This document shows, piece by piece, positions 55,587 to 64,000 of a stretch of 64,000 nucleotides of DNA. The stretch is from NCBI GenBank assembly GCA_965200575.1, contig OZ241363.1, positions 1,616,827-1,680,826 of the forward strand, in the 5' to 3' direction. The translations under genes were made by a program, and so were the position numbers. The stretch's first letter is position 1. The number at the start of each line of letters is the position of its first letter. The notes under the pieces are model-generated. The model had not been told where the DNA came from and did no database searches. It was given only the letters and a program-made list of their open reading frames with translations. This stretch comes from Thermoanaerobaculia bacterium (lineage in GTDB: Bacteria > Acidobacteriota > Thermoanaerobaculia > Multivoradales > Multivoraceae).

Positions 55587-55839
55587 CTGGCAGGCCCGGC
55601 CGCCGTCCGCACGTGCGAGGCGGCTCTCGCGCAATCGCCCGAAGCTACTTCGCTCATCGTTACGCCTGAGCGCCGGCACCCCCGCCATGGCGGCGGTCCG
55701 GATCATCCTGGCCAGGACCCGCTTCCCCGCCGAGCTCATCGAGTCGTCCCGCCATCACGGCGTTCCCACCTCCTCCGTCCCCTTCGACATGACGCGGGAC
55801 GTCATCCCGAACCTGCTCCGCAAGCCCGAACGGGAACGA

Positions 55840-56290
55840 GGAGGCGCGCGAACAGCCGGGCTACGTACAGGAGAAACTCACCGCTGGCGCCAGGGATCTT
55901 CTGTTGGCACAGCCCTGGGCAGGCCACCTGGGCGAACTCCAGAACACGCTGAACCGCGCCGCCCTCTGGTCGTCGGAGAGCACGCTGACGAAGGGGGACA
56001 TCGAAGACGCCATCCTCCCGCCGCCGGCGTCCGCCGCGGCCAGCGAGAATCCTGGACCGACCGCTCGAAGACGGAATCGACCTCCCGGCTATCCTCGCCT
56101 AGGTGGCCCGCCACTACCTGGCACGCGCCATGCGCTGGCACGCGCCATGCACACGCGCCATGCATGCAGTCAGGCGCCATGCAGCAGTAGTCAGGCGGCA
56201 ACAAGACGGAGGCAGCCCGGCTCCTGGGCCTCGGCAGCTGGCAGACCCTGACCAACTGGCTGAAGCGCCACGGCCTGACGCCATGGACGG
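55840..56290 (+). pseudogene. C-terminal remnant of a sigma-54-dependent (Fis-type HTH) transcriptional activator
   Basis: Frame 2: [31 protein letters not shown] (compare WPGNVRELEN). Frame 0: DLPAILA-TAG(56100-56102)[10 protein letters not shown]. Frame 1: GNKTEAARLLGLGSWQTLTNWLKRHGL (Fis-type HTH). The receiver and AAA+ domains are absent. Confidence 0.6.
56118..56164 (+). repeat. Tandem 17-nt duplication (2.8 copies) inside the sigma-54 activator remnant
   Basis: ctggcacgcgccatgcg (56118-56134), ctggcacgcgccatgca (56135-56151), cacgcgccatgca (56152-56164). A further short duplication of agtcaggcg occurs at 56168 and 56189. Confidence 0.85.
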
Positions 56291-56319
56291 CACACCGCTT
56301 GCTCCAACCTCCGACACAC

Positions 56320-56695
56320 CGATCGAGGAACGCCCCATGTGCAGCCCAAGCTCCACGCCGAGCTGGGCGACGTGTTCATCGAGTCCGCCCTCGGCGACGC
56401 CGGGAAGCGGTTCCTCATCGAGACCCACAGCAAGCACCTGATGCTCAGGATCCGCCGGCGCATCCGGGAGACGACGGATGGCGAGCTTCCCGAGCGGGCG
56501 ACCCCGCTCAGCCAGGACGACGTGGCGGTACTCTTCGTGCAGGCTGGCTCGGAGGGTGCCGAAGTACTCCATTTGCCTGTGACGGAAGACGGCGACTTCA
56601 AGCGCCGTTGGCCGGGCGGCTTCTTCGACGAGGGTGTACGGGAGAGCTTCCAGCGATGGTCCATGAGTACGCCGTGGACCCGGAGCTCGTCCTGA
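56320..56695 (+). pseudogene. C-terminal fragment of an AAA_21/DUF3696-type ABC-like ATPase (defence-island type)
   Basis: HVQPKLHAELGDVFIESALGDAGKRFLIETHSKHLMLRIRRRIRE...VAVLFV...VTEDGDFKRRWPGGFFDEG matches only the D-loop/H-loop and DUF3696 tail. No Walker A region lies upstream, where frame 2 opens only at 56279. Confidence 0.6.
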
Positions 56696-56740
56696 CCTGG
56701 ACCACACGGCGGGACGCAAACCGCGAGCTCCGCAACTTCG

Positions 56741-57103
56741 GTGTCGGCACTGGTCGGGTCGTGTCGCAATACCCCCGGAAGTGGGCAAGGCGCCTGCACG
56801 CAGCGAGGCGACGCCCACGAACGCTCGGATGTCGACCTGCTGGTGGTCGAGACCGAGCCGTTCGGCCGCAACCGCAGCCGGCACGAGGAGACAAACCGCC
56901 TTCGCCGGGTCGTCCGCCGCTTCGGCGTGCCGGTCGACGTGCTGGTGTTCAGGGTGGACGAGGTGGAGTACTGGAGAGACTCGTTGAACCACGTCGTCGG
57001 ACGGGCACAGCGGAAGGGGCGGGTGCTCCACCAGCGCGCAGAGTCCCGAGGGAACACAGGCGACGCGGCCTCCGACGGCGCCCGGGAAAGGCAGCTTCCA
57101 TGA
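56741..57103 (+). CDS. Minimal nucleotidyltransferase (MNT) domain protein, probably 5'-truncated
   Basis: RGDAHERSDVDLLVVETEPFG...FGVPVDVLVFRVDEVEYWRDSLNHVVGRAQRKGRVL is MNT-like. The usual hGS motif and N-terminal helix are missing: the residues before RGDA read GQGACTQ. The stop overlaps the HEPN start (ATGA at 57100-57103). Confidence 0.5.
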   Translation: MSALVGSCRNTPGSGQGACTQRGDAHERSDVDLLVVETEPFGRNRSRHEETNRLRRVVRRFGVPVDVLVFRVDEVEYWRDSLNHVVGRAQRKGRVLHQRAESRGNTGDAASDGARERQLP

Positions 57104-57522
57104 CCGACCTGGAGTGCGAACGGCTGACGCTGGACCTGGCCATGAAGGACGCGAGGGCGCTCGCTGGAATGCTGGATGTCGAGACCTTCTCCGAGGAGGT
57201 CTTCGGCTTCCACCTGCAGCAGGCCGTCGAGAAGGCACCCAAGGCCTGGATCGCGATCCTGGGCGGAACCTGGAAGCTCACCCAAGACATGGAAGACCTG
57301 GCTGACCAGATCCAGGCTTGCGGCGCGGACACGGCGGACCTTGACCGCTTCCGCGAACTGACCGTGTACACCCCCTACGCTGTGGAGTTCCGCTACTCGG
57401 GCGTCAACGAATGGACCAGGCCGATCGGTCGCGAAGCGACGCCGGCCGGGGTGGTCGATCTTCTGGAACACGTGCGTGCGCTGCTTGAGTCAGCGGAGGA
57501 CGCAGCGGCTGCCGGCAGCTGA
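57100..57522 (+). CDS. HEPN domain protein (partner of MNT)
   Basis: 140 aa. AMKDARALAGMLDVETFSEEVFGFHLQQAVEKAPKAWIAILG and YAVEFRY resemble the classical HEPN fold (FHxQQAxEKxLKA). Confidence 0.7.
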   Translation: MTDLECERLTLDLAMKDARALAGMLDVETFSEEVFGFHLQQAVEKAPKAWIAILGGTWKLTQDMEDLADQIQACGADTADLDRFRELTVYTPYAVEFRYSGVNEWTRPIGREATPAGVVDLLEHVRALLESAEDAAAAGS

Positions 57523-57534
57523 ACTGGCGCCCCC

Positions 57535-59751
57535 TCACCGAGCCGGCAGGCCCTCCCAGATCGCCTCCAGCAGACCCGGAACGTAGCTGGCGTACCGCCG
57601 ATCGAGGCCATCAAACTCGCTGGGCACGGCCCGCAGCCGGTCGCGCCAGCGCGCGGCCTGCTCACCTTCGCCGCCCAGAACCTCCGGCGGCAGGTAGTCG
57701 AGCGCGTTGAGCGCCATCAGCGCATCGAAGAACTGGGGCGTCGCGCCGCCGCCCTGCGCCTCGGTCACGACCGCTTCCCGCAGCAGCACCTCGACCGCCG
57801 CGGCCCGGTCCTCCGCCTCGCCGAAGCGGCCCAGGGCTTCGGCGGCGTGAATCCGCACCGGAGGCGACGGATCGCCCAGCGCCCGCACGAGCGCCGCACC
57901 CGCGAGCCGCACGCCGGCCTCGCGTCGAGCCCGCAGGCCCTTCGCCGCCCAGGCGCGGACCGCGGCATCCGGGTCGCCGAGCATGCGGGCCAGCCGCTCC
58001 ACTGCCTCGCTCCCCCAGGCCGACCGGTCGGAGGCCAGCTCCGCCGCAGCCAGCGCGCGTTCCACCTGGTAGCTGCCCCGGCCGTATGTCCAGGCGCCCC
58101 GCCCCATGACATCGACCCGCCGGTGCATCTCCCCTTCAGGCAGCAAGCCCAGGTCGCGCATCCGGAGCAGCTGCCGACGCAGCGCCAAGGCGAGCCGCTC
58201 GCGCTCCGCAGCATGCGCGGGCGAGTCGGCCAGGTTGTGCACCTGGTCCGGGTCGTTCGCGAGGTCGTAGAGCTCCTCGCTCGGCTTCTCCTGCCAGAAC
58301 CTGGCCTGCACCTCGTTCAGCTCCCCCGCCTCGAACAGCTCCAGCCACACCCGGGTCGTCGGCGTCTGCATCTGATAGGCGAGCCGCTGGCCGTACGGCC
58401 GGTCGACGACGAAGTTCCGGGCGTAGACGAAGCGCTCGTCGCGCACGCTGCGGACCAGGTCGTGGCGCTCGTCCATCCGGTCTGAGAACCCGAACAGGAA
58501 CTCGTTCGGCGGCGCCTCGTGCACACCCAGGAAGGCGCGGCCCTGCAAATCGCTCGTCGGCTCGATGCCGGCCAGGCTCAGCATCGTGGGCGCGAAGTCG
58601 ATGAAGCCGACCAGTCGGTCCGTGCTGCCGCCCGCCTCGTAGTCGTCCGGCGCGAGGTGACGGTACTTCGGCGGAATCGACACGATGAGCGGCACGCCCA
58701 GGCCGGTCTGAAGCGCCGTGCGCTTGCCGCGCGGCATGCCGGGCCCGTGGTCACCCCAGTAGAAGACGATCGTGTCGTCGGCCAGCCGTGCCTCCTCCAG
58801 CTCGGCGAGCCGCGCCCCGGCGAGGGCGTCCATCTCGGTCATCTTGTCGTGGTACTGCGCCCAGTCCTGCCGCACCTCCGCCGTGTCCGGGTGGTAGGCA
58901 GGGATCCTCACCGTCGCCGGGTCGTGGACGGGCTGGTGAGGGCGACGACGGATCTGGCTCTCGTGGGTGACCGTGAAGTTGAAGACGGCGAAGAACGGTG
59001 CTCCGTCGGGCCGGTTGCGCCAGTGCGCCTGGCGCGAGGACTCGTGCCAGACGGCGCCTGCACCGCCCTGCTTGCCGAGGTTGTAGTCTTCCTTCGCGTT
59101 GTTCGTCAGGTAGTAGCCAGCCTCGCGCAGGATCTGCGGGAAGAACCGGTGGCCGTCCGGCAGGTGGGCGCGGCTGCGCATGTGATGGGCGCCCGTGGAG
59201 GCTGGGTAGAGGCCGCTGATGATGGCCGTGCGGGCCGGAGCGCACACCGGCGAAGTCGACCAGGCATTGCGGTAGATCAGGCCCCGCGCCGCCAGCGCGT
59301 CGAGGTGCGGCGTGGTGGCGTAGTCGTCTCCCCACGCGCCGAGATGGGGCCCGTTGTCCTCGCTCGACAGCCAGAGCACGTTGGGGGGCGGCAGGTCGGG
59401 CGCACTCTCACCGCCAGCTGGCTCGGCGGTCGCCTGCGTCAGTGCCGCGACCGGCAGCACCAGCAGCGCCAGCAGTGCGAGACAAGCCAGGGTTGCCAGC
59501 GTTGCCAGCCCGGACCCGGACGCGACCGCGGCGACAGGACGAAGCGCAGCGCACGCGTCGATGCACCCGAAGATCGAGCTGCGCCGACAGCGCGTTGACC
59601 ACCGAGGGGCCGGCGCCAAGCAAGCCGCCCGGCTGCGAACGAACGCCACGACGCCCGAACGCGACGCGCCGCCGGCACGGGCGTGCGCCGAGCCGGTCGC
59701 CAGGTACCCCGGGCAGGCTTCCGTCAGCCCGGGCACGAGACGCCTCTGCAC
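57535..59751 (-). CDS. Formylglycine-dependent sulfatase fused to C-terminal HEAT repeats
   Basis: PNVLWLSSEDNGPHLGAWGD and SPVCAPARTAIISGLYP (CxPxR formylglycine motif). C-terminal HEAT/PBS-lyase-like repeats are DPDAAVRAWAAKGL and DPSPPVRIHAAEALGRFG. The start is uncertain because the stretch before the TM segment is long. Confidence 0.85.
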   Translation of the reverse strand: MQRRLVPGLTEACPGYLATGSAHARAGGASRSGVVAFVRSRAACLAPAPRWSTRCRRSSIFGCIDACAALRPVAAVASGSGLATLATLACLALLALLVLPVAALTQATAEPAGGESAPDLPPPNVLWLSSEDNGPHLGAWGDDYATTPHLDALAARGLIYRNAWSTSPVCAPARTAIISGLYPASTGAHHMRSRAHLPDGHRFFPQILREAGYYLTNNAKEDYNLGKQGGAGAVWHESSRQAHWRNRPDGAPFFAVFNFTVTHESQIRRRPHQPVHDPATVRIPAYHPDTAEVRQDWAQYHDKMTEMDALAGARLAELEEARLADDTIVFYWGDHGPGMPRGKRTALQTGLGVPLIVSIPPKYRHLAPDDYEAGGSTDRLVGFIDFAPTMLSLAGIEPTSDLQGRAFLGVHEAPPNEFLFGFSDRMDERHDLVRSVRDERFVYARNFVVDRPYGQRLAYQMQTPTTRVWLELFEAGELNEVQARFWQEKPSEELYDLANDPDQVHNLADSPAHAAERERLALALRRQLLRMRDLGLLPEGEMHRRVDVMGRGAWTYGRGSYQVERALAAAELASDRSAWGSEAVERLARMLGDPDAAVRAWAAKGLRARREAGVRLAGAALVRALGDPSPPVRIHAAEALGRFGEAEDRAAAVEVLLREAVVTEAQGGGATPQFFDALMALNALDYLPPEVLGGEGEQAARWRDRLRAVPSEFDGLDRRYASYVPGLLEAIWEGLPAR

Positions 59752-59808
59752 CGGATCGGACTTCGCAGCATGCCGTTCGCGCCCGTCGCCTCCGACGCCC
59801 GTAGCCCC

Positions 59809-61050
59809 TTAGACCACGCGCTCGGCGCGCAGGGCCGCGATCTCGTCGCTGCGGTAGCCCAGGGCGTCCAGGATCTCGTCCGTGTGCTCGCCCAGGGTCG
59901 GCGCACGGTGGCGGATGGTCGCCGGGGTCTCGGTCAGCCGGACCGAAGGCTGCGCGACCGGCGCCGGTCGGGCGATGTCGGGATAGTCGAGGTGGGCGAA
60001 GGCCTCGATCGCGGCGATGTGCGGATCCTCCAGCGCCTCCTGCAGCGAGTGGACCGGAGCGGAGGGAATCATCGCGGCGTTCAGGGTCTCGACCGCCTCG
60101 GCCGTCGACCGTGCGGCGCACCAGGCCGCCATCCGGCCCCCTGTCGGCCCGGCGTTGTCGCCGCGGGCAAGGTCGTCGGCGAAGCGAGGGTCGTTCAGCC
60201 AGTCGATGGCCTCGGCATCCGTCGGCCCGCCGACATCCGCGCCGTCGCCGGCCCCGGCGTCGTCCGCCGTCATCAGATCCGCCCAGCGCCGAAACAGGGG
60301 CTCCCCGATCACCGAGCACAGCAACCAGCCGTCGGCGGTCCGGTAGAGGTCCGAGGGCGCGGAGGTCTGGCTGCGGTTGCCCGTCGGTTCGCGGTTGCGC
60401 TCGATGACCGCCTGCTCGATCAGGTTCGAGTTGCCCATCATGAGCGCCGTCCGCAGCAGGGCGCCCTCGACCATTTGCCCCTTGCCGGTCTGCTGCCGCG
60501 CCATCAGGGCCGCCAGCGTGCCGTAGGCGCACGACAACGCGGTGCCGAAGTCGACGAACGGGGCCGCGGCGCGCCTCGGCTCGTCGGGATCGCCGCTCAT
60601 CCAGGCGATTCCGGACATCACCTGGCCGATGCCGTCGAATCCGACCCGGTCGCTGTACGGTCCGCCGCGGCCGTAGGCCGACACGGTGGTCAGGATGATG
60701 TCCTCCTTCACCGCCCGCAGGCTGTCGAGATCGAGCGCCATCGCCTTCAGGGTGCGCGGCGGCAGGTTGGCCACCACCACGTCGGCCGTCGCCACCAGGC
60801 GACGCACGATCTCGCGGCCCGCCGGCTTCATCGGATTCAGTGTCAGCGAGCGCTTGTTCCGGTTCATCTGCAGGAACATGCCGCCCTCGCCGCTCGGCGC
60901 CACGGGCGCGATGAACCGGTCCTCGCTGCCGCGAACCTTCTCTACCCGGATGACATCGGCGCCGAGATCGCCCAGAAGGGCGGCGCAGAACGGACCAGCG
61001 ATGTAGCGGCCGAAGTCCAGGACGCGAACGCCGGCGAGCACCTGATGCAT
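59809..61050 (-). CDS. CaiB/BaiF family III CoA-transferase
   Basis: ATG 61050 is preceded by a G9 tract/RBS. MHQVLAGVRVLDFGRYIAGPFCAALLGDLGADVIRVE is the classical N-terminus. Confidence 0.85.
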   Translation of the reverse strand: MHQVLAGVRVLDFGRYIAGPFCAALLGDLGADVIRVEKVRGSEDRFIAPVAPSGEGGMFLQMNRNKRSLTLNPMKPAGREIVRRLVATADVVVANLPPRTLKAMALDLDSLRAVKEDIILTTVSAYGRGGPYSDRVGFDGIGQVMSGIAWMSGDPDEPRRAAAPFVDFGTALSCAYGTLAALMARQQTGKGQMVEGALLRTALMMGNSNLIEQAVIERNREPTGNRSQTSAPSDLYRTADGWLLCSVIGEPLFRRWADLMTADDAGAGDGADVGGPTDAEAIDWLNDPRFADDLARGDNAGPTGGRMAAWCAARSTAEAVETLNAAMIPSAPVHSLQEALEDPHIAAIEAFAHLDYPDIARPAPVAQPSVRLTETPATIRHRAPTLGEHTDEILDALGYRSDEIAALRAERVV

Positions 61051-61432
61051 GGAGTCTCCCCCCCCCTTCGGGGATCGGAACACGGGCCTTGGCCGCCCGG
61101 CTGAATGAGGAGCCCGGATCGTAGCAATCCGGCGGTCGGTGCGAAGCCGCGGACGGCATCCGGCGAAGGACGATCGTGAAAACGGCGAACCGCCGGCAGG
61201 GATGATCGAGAAGCCAGCCGCCGCTCTCTGCCGGCGCCGAATCGCCGCCCGCTCCCTCGCGAGCGCCGCGCCTGGCCGCAGATCCCGGTCCGTGGTCCCC
61301 GGCGCCGCGTCCGCTCACTTATACTCGCGCGGGTCAACCCGACAACACACCCCGCTCGCCCGTCGAGGAAGAGACCGGGCGCGCAAGGCCGGACGCCGAC
61401 CACCACCGAAGCTGCGGTTACAGGAGACGATC

Positions 61433-62440
61433 ATGAAGGTAGACGGCGGACTGCCCACGGACCTCGGCGCCGTGCCGAGCCGCATTCGGGAGCTCGAGCA
61501 GGCCGGGTTCGCGGCCGCGATGACGGCCGAGACGGCACACGACCCGTTCTTCCCGCTGGTGCTCGCCGCCGAGCACAGCGAGCGCATCGACCTGATGACC
61601 TCCATCGCGGTGGCGTTCGCCCGCACGCCCATGAACCTGGCCAACGTGGGCCACGACCTGAACGCGTACTCGAAGGGCCGGCTCATCCTGGGTCTGGGCT
61701 CGCAGATTCGCCCCCACATCACCAAGCGCTTCGGCATGCCGTGGTCGCACCCGGCGAAGCGCATGCGGGAGTTCATTCAGGCCATGCGGGCCATCTGGGC
61801 CTGCTGGCACGAGGGCGAGCGCCTCCGCTTCCAGGGCGAGTTCTACTCGCACACCCTGATGACGCCGATGTTCTCGCCCACCGACACGGAGCACGGCGCG
61901 CCGCGCGTCTTCCTGGCCGCGGTCGGGCCGCTGATGACCGAGGTCGCGGGCGAGGTCGCGGACGGGCTCATCGTCCATCCCTTCACCACCGCCTCCTACA
62001 TGCGCGCTGTGACGCTGCCCGCCATCGAGCGCGGCCTCGCGACAGCCGGCCGCGGCCGCGACAACTTCGAGATTGCCTACCCCGGCTTCATCGTCTCCGG
62101 CCAGGACGAAAGGACGTTCGAGGAGACGAAGCGAGCGGTCAAGAAGCAGATCTCCTTCTACGGTTCGACTCCCGCCTACCGTCCGGTGCTCGAGTCCGAG
62201 GGCTGGGGAGACCTCCAGCTGGAGCTGAACCGCATGTCGAAGCAGGGTCAGTGGGACGAGATGGGCGAGCTGATCACGGACGAGATGCTCGACGCCTTCG
62301 CCGTGGTGGGCGAACCCGGCGACCTGGCCCGCGGCGTGCTGGACCGCTACGGCGACGTGGTCGACCGCATGAGCCCGAACCTTCGCTTCCTCGATCCGGA
62401 AACCCAGCGCGACGTGATCGCCGCACTGTCCTCGAACTGA
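61433..62440 (+). CDS. LLM-class (F420-dependent type) oxidoreductase
   Basis: RBS CAGGAGA. Motifs MKVDGGLPTDLGAVPSRIRELEQAGFAAAMTAETAHDPFFPL, GRLILGLGSQIRPHITKRFGMPWSHPAKRMREF and ISFYGSTPAYRPV. Confidence 0.8.
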   Translation: MKVDGGLPTDLGAVPSRIRELEQAGFAAAMTAETAHDPFFPLVLAAEHSERIDLMTSIAVAFARTPMNLANVGHDLNAYSKGRLILGLGSQIRPHITKRFGMPWSHPAKRMREFIQAMRAIWACWHEGERLRFQGEFYSHTLMTPMFSPTDTEHGAPRVFLAAVGPLMTEVAGEVADGLIVHPFTTASYMRAVTLPAIERGLATAGRGRDNFEIAYPGFIVSGQDERTFEETKRAVKKQISFYGSTPAYRPVLESEGWGDLQLELNRMSKQGQWDEMGELITDEMLDAFAVVGEPGDLARGVLDRYGDVVDRMSPNLRFLDPETQRDVIAALSSN

Positions 62441-62500
62441 CGCCCGGGACTCAGGCCGAACCCGCCAACGCCCGAAGGTCCGCAGACCAGGAGACCGCAC

Positions 62501-64000
62501 ATGAAGGAGCTCATCTTCCACAGGCTGTTCGAGCCCGCCCTCAAGCACCGGAGCGACCAGGAATCCCTGGTCGACGGCGCGTACAGCGCCACCTTCGGGG
62601 AGCACGCCGACCGCACGATGCGGCTGTGCGGCGCCCTCGGCCGCGAGCTCGGCACAGGGCGCGGCGACCGGTTCGCGGTCATGGCCCTGAACTGCCACGA
62701 GTACGTAGAGCTGTACCACGCGGCCTACCTGGGCGCCGGCGTGATCAACCCGCTCAATCTGCGCCTGGCCGGCAAGGAGCTCGACTACATCGTGCGCGAC
62801 TCGGGCACCGAGGTCGTGTTCGTGGACAAGACGTTCGCACCCCTGCTCGCCCAGGCGGTGGCCCTGGCCGGCGACGACAGCACGGTCCGGCGCACCGTCC
62901 TGCTCGGCGACTCGGACGACGTGACCAACGCTCCCCACGACCTGCGCTACGAGGACCTGCTCGCCGGCAGCGAGCCGACCATGCCGAGCGAGCCCGAAGA
63001 GACGGACCCGGTCGTCCTGATGTACACCGGCGGCACCACCGGTCTGCCCAAGGGCGTGCTCTGCAACCAGCGCGCCGAAATCCTGAACACGTACCACGCA
63101 GCCATGAAGTTTCCGCAGCTGTCCCAGGGCGTGGCGCTGCTCCAGACGCCGATCTTCCATGCCGCCTCGATGGTCGCGATCATCGCCACCCAGACCATGG
63201 GCGGCAAGCTGGTGCTGATGCCAATGTTCGACCCGGCCGCCGCCATCGCGCTGATCGAGAAGTACCGTGTGACCACGACCACGATGGTCCCGACCATGAT
63301 CCACATGATGATGAGCCACCCGGACTTCGCGCCCGAAAAGCTCGCCTCGCTGACGAACCTGGCCTACGGCGCCTCGCCCATGCCGGCGGCCCTGCTCGAA
63401 CGCATCCTCGCCCTGTTCCCGGACCTGTCGATCGGCCAGGGCTACGGCATGACGGAGAGCTCGTCCATCCTGACCGTGCTCGACGTCGACGACCACAAGG
63501 CCGGCGGCGAGCGCCTGAAGTCGGTCGGCCGCGCCGTCCCCGGCGTCGTGCTGTCCATCCAGGACGAGGACGGCAAGCACCTCGGCGCCGGCGAGATCGG
63601 CGAGGTCTGCGCTCGCGGCGGCAACTACATGACCGAGTACTGGAACAAGCCGGAGGCCACCGAGGAAGCCTTCCGCGGCGGCTGGTACCACACCGGCGAC
63701 GCCGGCTACCTGGATGACGAGGGCTACCTGTTCCTGGTCGACCGGGTCAAGGACATGATCGTCTCCGGCGGCGAGAACGTGTACTCCGCCGAGGTGGAAA
63801 ACGCCATCTCGACTCACGACGTCGTCGGCCAGGTCGCCGTCATCGGCGTCCCCCACGAAGTCTGGGGCGAGCAGGTCCACGCGATCGTGGTGCCGAAGGA
63901 AGGCGCGGAGGTGGACGAGTCGACCGAAGCCTCGATCATCTCCCACGCCCGCGAGTCCATCGCCGGCTACAAGGTGCCCAAGTCCGTCGAGTTCCGGTCC
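62501..64000 (+). CDS. AMP-dependent acyl-CoA synthetase/ligase; 3' end beyond window
   Basis: My own translation from ATG 62501 stays open to the window edge, so it is not in the track. It contains MKELIFHRLFEPALKH, AMP-binding LMYTGGTTGLPKGV, GYGMTESS, WYHTGDAGYLDDEGYLFLVDRVKDMIVSGGENVYSAEVE and VPKSVEF. Confidence 0.85.
   Translation, partial: MKELIFHRLFEPALKHRSDQESLVDGAYSATFGEHADRTMRLCGALGRELGTGRGDRFAVMALNCHEYVELYHAAYLGAGVINPLNLRLAGKELDYIVRDSGTEVVFVDKTFAPLLAQAVALAGDDSTVRRTVLLGDSDDVTNAPHDLRYEDLLAGSEPTMPSEPEETDPVVLMYTGGTTGLPKGVLCNQRAEILNTYHAAMKFPQLSQGVALLQTPIFHAASMVAIIATQTMGGKLVLMPMFDPAAAIALIEKYRVTTTTMVPTMIHMMMSHPDFAPEKLASLTNLAYGASPMPAALLERILALFPDLSIGQGYGMTESSSILTVLDVDDHKAGGERLKSVGRAVPGVVLSIQDEDGKHLGAGEIGEVCARGGNYMTEYWNKPEATEEAFRGGWYHTGDAGYLDDEGYLFLVDRVKDMIVSGGENVYSAEVENAISTHDVVGQVAVIGVPHEVWGEQVHAIVVPKEGAEVDESTEASIISHARESIAGYKVPKSVEFRS

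Noticed and set aside
61418-63946. Minus-strand ORF 61418..63946 (842 aa)
   Set aside because: It is antisense to the LLM oxidoreductase and acyl-CoA ligase genes, both of which show unmistakable family motifs on the plus strand.

Overview
High-GC (about 70%) bacterial chromosomal window from a diderm organism: it encodes a TonB-dependent receptor, RND efflux pumps and lipoproteins. A VWFA-related Acidobacterial-type protein, a PVC-type heme-binding dehydrogenase and many LLM oxidoreductase and CoA-transferase genes suggest Acidobacteriota or a related environmental phylum; this placement is inference only. I call about 45 genes. Most long ORFs in the track are antisense or out-of-frame shadows typical of high-GC DNA, and several listed ORFs run past the real start, so I re-derived those starts.

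Layout:
- 1-4.8 kb: lytic transglycosylase, then a PIG-L deacetylase / LLM oxidoreductase / AhcY operon.
- 5-13.6 kb: VWFA protein, sugar ABC transporter plus Nramp, and a heme dehydrogenase.
- 13.8-25.2 kb: one tightly coupled minus-strand chain of cca, ECF sigma, anti-sigma, LTxxQ (CnrX/Spy-like) periplasmic protein, RND, MFP and RND.
- 25.3-29.1 kb: TPR protein and S9 peptidase.
- 29.6-38.3 kb: co-directional block of halogenase-like flavoprotein, DUF3311, SSS transporter, GT4, ABC ATPase and a giant double-FtsX permease, divergent from a TonB receptor.
- 41-48.2 kb: HemN-like radical SAM, Fe-alcohol dehydrogenase and three secreted PQQ-like beta-propellers.
- 48.2-57.5 kb: accessory, decaying zone. 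It holds a multiply frameshifted AAA/DUF4143 pseudogene, two families of intergenic direct repeats (one with CRISPR-like 28/33 geometry), a mosaic of gene fragments (sigma-54 activator tail, DUF3696 ATPase tail) and an MNT-HEPN pair.
- 49.6-64 kb: interleaved catabolic genes (SDR, VOC, three LLM, two CaiB/BaiF CoA-transferases, acyl-CoA ligase, sulfatase-HEAT fusion).

I found no rRNA, tRNA, transposase, integrase or cas genes. All family assignments rest on motif recognition by eye, not on database searches.
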